Assembly: GCA_964490765.1 (NCBI GenBank)
Contig: CAZBDV010000001.1
Location: forward strand, 145,437-209,436
DNA length: 64,000 bases
Origin: an uncultured Candidatus Cloacimonadota bacterium
GTDB lineage: Bacteria > Cloacimonadota > Cloacimonadia > Cloacimonadales > JAJBBL01
Direction: 5' to 3'
Part shown: in pieces, positions 40,498 to 47,313 of the stretch
Layout: every line of letters begins with the position of its first letter
Position numbering within the stretch: position 1 is the first letter of the stretch
Position numbers and translations under genes: made by a program
Notes under the pieces: model-generated
Seen by the model: only the letters and a program-made list of their open reading frames with translations
What the model was told of the DNA's origin: nothing
Database searches by the model: none

Positions 40498-41547
40498 TTA
40501 ACCTTCAACCATATATTTCCTGATACCCTCGGTCCTTAAAGAAACTATCTCTTCTTCATCCTGATAGTAGATTATACACTCTGCTCCCTTGTATCTCTTT
40601 ACCAGTTCGATACCATCTTCTGGTGGGAGAAGAAAGACAGCCGTTGACAACATATCGGCCAGAGTAGCATCGGGAGCAATAACGGTTACCGAGAAGATAT
40701 TTTCTACAGGATAACCGGTCAGAGGATTAATGATGTGATGATAACGTCGTCCCTCGTATTCGAAATATCTCTCATAATCTCCTGAAGTCACTACTGCAGT
40801 ATCACTCAATTCCAGAACAGCAATGATATCATTCTTATCACGAGGATGCTGGATCCCTATTCTCTGGTTACCACCTCTATCGCCAAACAGAAGTATATCT
40901 CCACCAGCATTGATATGCCCTGATTCGATACCCCTGGATTGAGCAAATGCTACTGCTTTATCGATTATGTACCCTTTAGCTAGGCTACCAAAATTTAGTT
41001 TCAGTCCAGGTGGACGAACCAGATAGCCATATCTTTCATCACTTATCTCATCTAGAGGCTCATCTGTCTGAGTGTCAATCGAATAATAACCGTAACGGAT
41101 TTTATCGAAACCGACATTCGCCTGAGCAAGTCTCACTGAATCAGCAGGGGGTGGCATGGTCCTATCAATATCCCAGATCTCTGAGAGGCTCCCTATTGTG
41201 ACATCATATAAACCTTCGGTCTCCTCGTAAAATATCTCTGCCAGATTGAGTATTTCGAAAAATTCTCTGTCTATCGTTAAACTATCATCTTCACTATGGT
41301 TGATACCCCAGAGATAGCTATCAGGATCGTAATATGAGTACTTCTTCTCGTAAGTGGAGATGAGAGTAATGGTGCTGTCCAGTAGGGCTGGAACATTCTG
41401 CTGCCTGGCACTGAAGGATATCTCTACCAGTGTATCCATCAAAAAACGTGACCTGGTTTCAGTAAATGTCTGAACCCTGTAGCGATATACCGCTATCAGG
41501 ACTACTACCAATAAAATCGCAATGTTAATTATATCTCTTCTTTTCAT
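40498..41547 (-). CDS. apbE: FAD:protein FMN transferase (ApbE family)
   Basis: N-terminal anchor. LAKGYIIDKAV. TSGDYERYF. 349 aa. Confidence 0.8.
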   Translation of the reverse strand: MKRRDIINIAILLVVVLIAVYRYRVQTFTETRSRFLMDTLVEISFSARQQNVPALLDSTITLISTYEKKYSYYDPDSYLWGINHSEDDSLTIDREFFEILNLAEIFYEETEGLYDVTIGSLSEIWDIDRTMPPPADSVRLAQANVGFDKIRYGYYSIDTQTDEPLDEISDERYGYLVRPPGLKLNFGSLAKGYIIDKAVAFAQSRGIESGHINAGGDILLFGDRGGNQRIGIQHPRDKNDIIAVLELSDTAVVTSGDYERYFEYEGRRYHHIINPLTGYPVENIFSVTVIAPDATLADMLSTAVFLLPPEDGIELVKRYKGAECIIYYQDEEEIVSLRTEGIRKYMVEG

Positions 41548-41793
41548 TATTCTTCCTGTCTCGACCGCATTCGAGTGTTATCTGCATAATATTTCAAATA
41601 ATTAAACCACTTCAATATTGTCAACCCAAAGGATATAGGTGATTTAAATCTGGAGAGCAATGGGCAATATCAAATGAGGTTAGTAATTGGCCACAATTAA
41701 AAAATTCTTGACTTTTAGTGAAAGGGACGTTTTTTTAAAAAACGGTTGAAATTAAAAATTCAGCCTGATAATTCGAAAATGGAGGTTAACCTT

Positions 41794-42648
41794 ATGAAAT
41801 CGGTTATGAAAACATTGATTCCCTGTCTATTTATCATCTATCTGCTAACGCTTACTGTCTGCCTGTGTTCTGCAGAAAGGGATGTATCGGTTGAACAGAT
41901 CATTGATAACTATCGTCAGCACTATGAGGATTCTATCGCAAATATCGATGATTATACCGCCAAAACGGATCAGATGACTACCTACTATAAAAAGTATTAC
42001 GATAATGGCAGGCCTTTCTTCAAAACAAAGACAGTATATGCCTCGGATGATATGCCAAATGTAACTGAAGCAGCTTCTATAGAAAGTGATCTCTTTTCTC
42101 CGGAACTATATGATTCGCTGAGGGAAAATGCTGTCTACGAAGGAACAGCTGACGTTGATGGTTATACCACCCACGTAATCTATACAGAAGACATGGATGA
42201 TCACGTTATAGTGCATAAAGAAGATGAAGATTCTATTAATTATGCTCGTATTTATATCGATGCCGAAAAATGGATTATCCGCAAGCTGGAATTCGAAGTT
42301 GAAACCAGAGATCAAGACCAGCTCCTCACATTGCATCCCTCTATCACAATGGAAGATTATCATGATATCGAAGGTTTATTGATTCCTTACAGGACTGTCG
42401 TGGTTATTGAAGGGCTTGGACAGAATCTCTCTGAAGAAGAACGACAGGAAGCTCTTACAGGACTTGCTGAAATGGAGAGGATGTTAGCCCAGATGTCCGG
42501 AGAAGAGAAAGAAAGGATGGAGAAGATGATGGGCTCCTCTTTTGAAGCTTACAAAAATATGCTGGAGAGTGAGACACTGGAGATATCGCTTATCATCAAC
42601 GAGGTCGAGGTAAATACCGGCCTGACTGATGAATTCTTTGAAGAATAA
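41794..42648 (+). CDS. Secreted hypothetical protein
   Basis: Start at the ATG after SD GGAGG gives signal peptide MKSVMKTLIPCLFIIYLLTLTVCLCSA. No family recognised. Confidence 0.6.
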   Translation: MKSVMKTLIPCLFIIYLLTLTVCLCSAERDVSVEQIIDNYRQHYEDSIANIDDYTAKTDQMTTYYKKYYDNGRPFFKTKTVYASDDMPNVTEAASIESDLFSPELYDSLRENAVYEGTADVDGYTTHVIYTEDMDDHVIVHKEDEDSINYARIYIDAEKWIIRKLEFEVETRDQDQLLTLHPSITMEDYHDIEGLLIPYRTVVVIEGLGQNLSEEERQEALTGLAEMERMLAQMSGEEKERMEKMMGSSFEAYKNMLESETLEISLIINEVEVNTGLTDEFFEE

Positions 42649-42842
42649 ACCGGAAAATGTCGGTCCGCATCAGTGATTTTCTATAACCTTGAGCTTTATA
42701 TACAAGTTAGATAGAGATAAGAGTACAAATAAGTAAGTAGTTATAGTTTATTATAACCTGATAGACTTCTGATTAATCTACATTCAAACAGGTGATTTCA
42801 GGCTAGCGATTCAAGTCTATAAAATCTATCAGGAACCTTTAG

Positions 42843-42880
42843 GGAGTATGGGAGTCGGAACGTGCCGACTCCCATGCTCC
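42843..42880. repeat. Strong 16-bp hairpin containing palindromic element AGTCGGAACGTGCCGACT (copy 2 of 2)
   Basis: GGAGTATGGGAGTCGG-aacgtg-CCGACTCCCATGCTCC with one T:G pair. No T-tract on either strand. Lies about 200 nt after the stop of 41794..42648. Confidence 0.6.
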
Positions 42881-43024
42881 TAATTGAGTTAAGAGAAGCT
42901 TTCAGATATATCTTACAGTCGAACAGAAGAAATTTAAACCTGAAAAAAATGCCTTAGTCATACTCTTACACCAATATCCTGTAAGAGAGTTTTGAGTCTT
43001 GATATCTAAAAGAGAATATAATGT

Positions 43025-43053
43025 TTGACAAAATTTCGTTTCTTGCTTATATG
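43025..43053 (+). promoter_or_regulatory. Sigma70-like promoter (TTGACA-N17-TATATG) for the leader of T9SS gene 43336
   Basis: TTGACA at 43025-43030 in the context TTGACAAA, which recurs upstream of many genes in this window. Confidence 0.4.
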
Positions 43054-43128
43054 GTTTTGTTGATTACGTTATGGAATTTGTTGACCCAAGATGATACACT
43101 GATTTTATCTATAAGGAGGATAAGAGAG

Positions 43129-43224
43129 ATGATTTCTTATCAGAGATTTCTATTTATCTGGATTCAGAAAAAATTCTCGCCGAATTACTTTTTGAATTAT
43201 ACTCATGAACAGGTTAATATCTAA
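43129..43224 (+). promoter_or_regulatory. Candidate leader peptide ORF (31 codons, MISYQRFLFIW...) with a strong SD
   Basis: AGGAGGATAAGAGAG-ATG. The first 11 codons are conserved with the uORF at 44931. The stem GATAAGA/TCTTATC brackets the ATG. Confidence 0.45.
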
Positions 43225-43335
43225 AGACTCTTTATATATATATAGGAAAGGAGCAATAATCCTACTGTCTGTCAACAATGATTAGTTTTAAGAACCCGTT
43301 TTAGCAATTATTTTGATTTATTTTGAGGTATTGAT

Positions 43336-44190
43336 ATGAAAAAGAGTTTATTTTTAATGGTCTTTGTAGTAGTGATTTTAATGTTGTCGATAAATTTTAT
43401 TGCAGCAACTACTAATATCCCTGAAATTTATACGACTATGTCGTCAGATAATGAGCCTGAATCAACCAATCATAATGATCAATGTAATCTCCTTAGCGAT
43501 TACGAAATCTACTGTCCTCTGTCTCTCGATAAAGACATGATTCTATTTGATAATTCATCACCCTCTGTTGAACTTTCGCTATTTAATATAGCCATAACGG
43601 GTAATCTTCATGTTCAGTTACAATGGACTGCCGAGACGGAGACTCATATGCTTGGTTATAATGTATTCCGTAGCCAGGTTGAGGAAATTGCTGAGTCTCA
43701 AAAGATCAATAACAAACTTATAGGTGCTTACAATAGTTCCACTCCAACTGATTATTCCTACGTAGATGTTGAAGTTAATTCAGGTGAAACCTATTATTAT
43801 TGGTTAGAATTCTACGATACCAACATGACAAGCCAGTTTTACGGACCGATTTCTGTCCTGGTTAATGAGAAAGAAGAAGATCCTGTTTCTCCGGAGGCTC
43901 TATTAAAGACCAAGCTTATCGGTTCCTATCCGAACCCCTTCAATCCAGGAACTTATATAGCTTTCTCACTGGATGAGACAGCGAGGGTTACGATCTCGAT
44001 CTATAATAATCTAGGTCAGTTAATCAGGACTCTGACAGCGAATCGGGAATTTGAGGCTGGCAGGCAGCATTCCGTTTACTTCGACGGTAAAAACCATCAA
44101 GGGAAAGACATTACATCTGGTATCTATTTCTATATCTTGAAAACAGATACTGGTTACAGAGAAGCGAGGAAGATGCTTCTACTAAAATAG
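43336..44190 (+). CDS. Secreted protein with an Fn3-like module and a T9SS C-terminal sorting domain (short relative of the GLUG paralogues)
   Basis: Signal peptide. LQWTAETETHMLGYNVFRS...YYYWLEFYD module. The CTD YPNPFNPGTYIAFSL...GIYFYILK...KMLLLK is very similar to that of 45144..47051. Confidence 0.8.
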   Translation: MKKSLFLMVFVVVILMLSINFIAATTNIPEIYTTMSSDNEPESTNHNDQCNLLSDYEIYCPLSLDKDMILFDNSSPSVELSLFNIAITGNLHVQLQWTAETETHMLGYNVFRSQVEEIAESQKINNKLIGAYNSSTPTDYSYVDVEVNSGETYYYWLEFYDTNMTSQFYGPISVLVNEKEEDPVSPEALLKTKLIGSYPNPFNPGTYIAFSLDETARVTISIYNNLGQLIRTLTANREFEAGRQHSVYFDGKNHQGKDITSGIYFYILKTDTGYREARKMLLLK

Positions 44191-44546
44191 ATTAACTGGT
44201 TAGCAGGTTTTACAGATGAAAAAACTGCCGAAGCCTGGCAGGAAGCAAAGCAGCAGGCAGGAGAATTAGATAATTGAGTTTCGTGGAGACAGGATTTGCT
44301 ACCCGTCTTCACGATGGATATGATTTACTATAAAGACAGGATGACAGGAGATGAGAGATAATGTGGAGAAAGGGAGCGCACAAAAAAGAGATTGAGTTCC
44401 GGATTTGTATGTTTTAATCTCAAATCTGAGAGCAATTGTCAAAGGCTCTTAACTCTCCAACTCTCTTCTCTCTGTTATCTGTTGTCAGAGATAAATGGTT
44501 CTGCATTGAAGCAGAAAAAAAAGAGAACAAGCCCATAAGCAAACTA

Positions 44547-44573
44547 GGCGGAGAAGACTCCGCCTTTTTTTTT
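44547..44573 (+). terminator. Rho-independent terminator with no upstream CDS (orphan)
   Basis: GGCGGAG-aaga-CTCCGCC followed by T9. Lies about 355 nt after the nearest upstream stop codon (44190). Confidence 0.7.
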
Positions 44574-44825
44574 AATCAAGCTCAATCTCAGCTGTCAAAA
44601 TTTCTTTTCGTCTTTCCGGTTGCAGAAAAAATCGCTCTTCCTATTCCATTTTTTTATACTGCTATCCCACGTCTCACAAGTAGGCCAGATACCAAGAATA
44701 CGGATTAAACGTTCTTCTATGTGCTTATAATCAGTAATTTACGCAACGCGATAATTACAACTAATCGTCTAATGCTCATTTGTGTCGTAACATACTAAGA
44801 TTTTTTCCTATTACTGAAATATAGA

Positions 44826-44854
44826 TTGACAAATTATCTCACTTATATCTAATT
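44826..44854 (+). promoter_or_regulatory. Sigma70-like promoter (TTGACA-N17-CTAATT) for the leader of GLUG paralogue 2
   Basis: TTGACA at 44826-44831. CTAATT at 44849-44854. Same architecture as the minus-strand promoter at 7289-7317. Confidence 0.4.
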
Positions 44855-44930
44855 GTTACATAGAAATTGGTACCGCTATTTTCTGGTATGCAGTAGATGA
44901 TGTTTTTTAATTTATCAGGAGGATAAGACG

Positions 44931-44969
44931 ATGCGTACTTATCAGAGATTTTTGTTTATCTGGCCTTGA
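44931..44969 (+). promoter_or_regulatory. Candidate leader peptide ORF (12 codons, MRTYQRFLFIWP-TGA) with a strong SD
   Basis: AGGAGGATAAGACG-ATG. 9 of the first 11 residues match the uORF at 43129, including a Leu codon that differs at two positions (CTA vs TTG). Confidence 0.45.
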
Positions 44970-45143
44970 GCAGACCTTGCGTGGATTGGTGATGGTAATT
45001 ATGTTATTATTTTGAGAAGCACGCTTAATTTTTATCTTTGATCTGAAAGTTGAGTAACAACTATTATCCCCTCCTTTAGACCACGCAAGGTTATCTCATA
45101 TTGTAGTGAAAAAATCTGCAATTTCATATTCGAAGGAGGAAAA

Positions 45144-47051
45144 ATGAAACGCATTTTATTTATCTTTGTTGTCCTGACTTTCCTCGGGACAGTTAATATC
45201 TTCGCTCAGACTGAAATCTGGACAGCAGGAGAACTAGATAACATCCGGAGTAGTAACATTACCCTCAGTAGTGATTATATCCAGATGACCGATATTACTC
45301 TCGCAGGAGATTGGGATCCTATTGGTACAGAGAGTGTTCCATTCACAGGTACTTATAATGGTAACGGATATGAAATCATTGGTCTCAACAGCACTATAGG
45401 TGGATTGTTTGGAGTAACCGAGGACGCATTCATAATGAATGTCGCTCTAAACAACATATCGATTGCAACAATGAGTGGAACTGTTGGTGGACTTGTCGGA
45501 CACGCTAAAAATACCAGAATCGAGAACTGTTATACAGGTCCTTTCGGTAAGATCGAGCAACTCGATATTTCGGGAGGCGGAGGTGATGTTGGTGGCTTAG
45601 TAGGTATCCTGGAAGGTACCGCTCTTGGTGATAACGATGAGTTTATCTCATATATCAAAAACAGCTACAATCAAGTTACGGTTTCAGGAGATAACAGAGT
45701 AGGTGGATTAGTCGGAAGCACATTAATCTGGCCGAATGGATTAGAACGTTATAGCTGGATCTATCGCTGTTACAATATTGGACCTGTGGTTGATAGTGAT
45801 AAGGTGGGTGGCCTGATTGGTATGAATGCTGAAGGAAGCAAAATTGAAGAGTGCTGGAGTGCCAATACGGTTCAAGCAGAACAGCAGGTCGGTGGTTTAG
45901 TAGGTATTAATTACGGACATATCCTCAATTGTTACTCTATCTGTGGACGGCCAGTTATAGGTGATTATGTTGGTGGTCTGGTTGGTGTAAATTACGCAAG
46001 TGGAGTAGTAGAAAACTGTTATAGCAGCAGAGTAGTACAACTTGCAGGAGAAATGCAGCATCCCGGTGGTCTTATTGGTTGGGGTGCCCCTGGCCAGACT
46101 CCACCACCACCTACTGAGCCATCAGGTTATGGTGAAGTAATCAATAGTTATTGGTGTGTTGAACGTTCCGGAGTCGATTCTCTGGGTTATAGTACAAATT
46201 ATGATATTCTGTATCTTTCCGGAAAGTTAGGTGCGGCAAGGACTCAGGACGAGATGGCTGTACAAATTTATGCTACTAACACATACGTTACCTGGCAAGC
46301 TGACTGGTACGATGATAATCCCTATATATGGGAAGCTACTTTATCTGACGGACCAAGCCTGGGATATCCAGTATTAGCAGATGTGCCTTTTGTCTGGAAT
46401 TGTCATTTTGATGTACCGCTACCCGTAGAACTATCATCCTTCACAGCAATAGTCATATCAACCGGCGCAGTCAATCTGGAATGGCGGGCAGAGACAGAAA
46501 CCAATGTCCTCGGTTATAATGTTTATCGATCCGAATATAATGATCTTGGTGATGCTGTAAAGATCAACGGTCCTGTTATCATTGCCAATAACAGTTCTAC
46601 TCCGTCTAACTATTCATTTCTCGATGAAGAGATCATACACGGGTCAACCTATTATTACTGGCTGGAGTCGGTAGATCTTGACCTTTCCAACGCCTTCCAC
46701 GGCCCTGTTTCGGTCCTGATAGCCTATGATGATGATGATGATGATAATGATATTCCCGAGATTCCCTTAGTAACGGAATTGATAGGTGCTTATCCAAATC
46801 CGTTTAATCCAGGAACACACATCAAATTCTCACTCGAAGAGACTTCCAGTGTCACAATTGTCATCTATAATGTACGTGGACAGTATGTTAAAACACTGGC
46901 ATCAAACAGAGAATTCGAAAAAGGGAGAAATCATACACTATTTTTCGACGGTAAGAATCATCTTGGTAAGGAAGTAAAATCTGGAGTTTATTTCTATATA
47001 ATGACAACCGAAGATTATCGCGAAGTGAAGAAGATGCTCCTGTTAAAATAA
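45144..47051 (+). CDS. Secreted GLUG-motif repeat protein with an Fn3-like module and a T9SS C-terminal sorting domain (paralogue 2)
   Basis: Signal peptide. VGGLVG repeats collinear with 5213..7120. Poly-Asp linker. CTD YPNPFNPGTHIKFSL...GVYFYIM...KMLLLK. Confidence 0.8.
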   Translation: MKRILFIFVVLTFLGTVNIFAQTEIWTAGELDNIRSSNITLSSDYIQMTDITLAGDWDPIGTESVPFTGTYNGNGYEIIGLNSTIGGLFGVTEDAFIMNVALNNISIATMSGTVGGLVGHAKNTRIENCYTGPFGKIEQLDISGGGGDVGGLVGILEGTALGDNDEFISYIKNSYNQVTVSGDNRVGGLVGSTLIWPNGLERYSWIYRCYNIGPVVDSDKVGGLIGMNAEGSKIEECWSANTVQAEQQVGGLVGINYGHILNCYSICGRPVIGDYVGGLVGVNYASGVVENCYSSRVVQLAGEMQHPGGLIGWGAPGQTPPPPTEPSGYGEVINSYWCVERSGVDSLGYSTNYDILYLSGKLGAARTQDEMAVQIYATNTYVTWQADWYDDNPYIWEATLSDGPSLGYPVLADVPFVWNCHFDVPLPVELSSFTAIVISTGAVNLEWRAETETNVLGYNVYRSEYNDLGDAVKINGPVIIANNSSTPSNYSFLDEEIIHGSTYYYWLESVDLDLSNAFHGPVSVLIAYDDDDDDNDIPEIPLVTELIGAYPNPFNPGTHIKFSLEETSSVTIVIYNVRGQYVKTLASNREFEKGRNHTLFFDGKNHLGKEVKSGVYFYIMTTEDYREVKKMLLLK

Positions 47052-47222
47052 GTTGTTTTAACTCACTTGTTGGTATTAAATGAGGAATGCCTATCTGAGA
47101 ATGAAGTTAAAAAGAATAAGGGAGAATGAGTTGTCATCCTGAAGAGAGTCAGATCTCTGAATTGAGGTTGACAGGTTAATTTCCGGGAACAATGAACAGC
47201 ACTGATAAAAGAGTTGTGTTCT

Positions 47223-47275
47223 CCATCTGTGGATAGTCCAATCCACAGATGGTATAGCTCTTTTCTGCTTTTTAA
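47223..47275. terminator. Strong hairpin between convergent genes (likely a bidirectional terminator and the end of the long minus-strand operon)
   Basis: Perfect 12-bp stem CCATCTGTGGAT / ATCCACAGATGG with a 6-nt loop. A T-rich tail follows on the plus strand. The T-tract on the minus strand is weaker. Confidence 0.55.
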
Positions 47276-47313
47276 ACTATCTCATTCACTGGATTCTCCG
47301 GAGAAAGTATAGA

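Noticed and set aside
43021-43128. N-terminal extension of track ORF 43021..43224
   Set aside because: The extension starts upstream of, and includes, the putative TTGACA -35 box. Only the SD-preceded ATG at 43129 is conserved with the second leader copy.
44436-44708. 90-aa plus-strand ORF
   Set aside because: It reads straight through an intrinsic terminator hairpin and a T9 tract (KLGGEDSAFFF). It has no SD and is low-complexity, so it is more likely non-coding.
47229-47249. DnaA-box-like sequences TGTGGATAG and AATCCACAG
   Set aside because: They are simply the two arms of the terminator hairpin between convergent genes. There is no cluster of boxes and no AT-rich unwinding element here.
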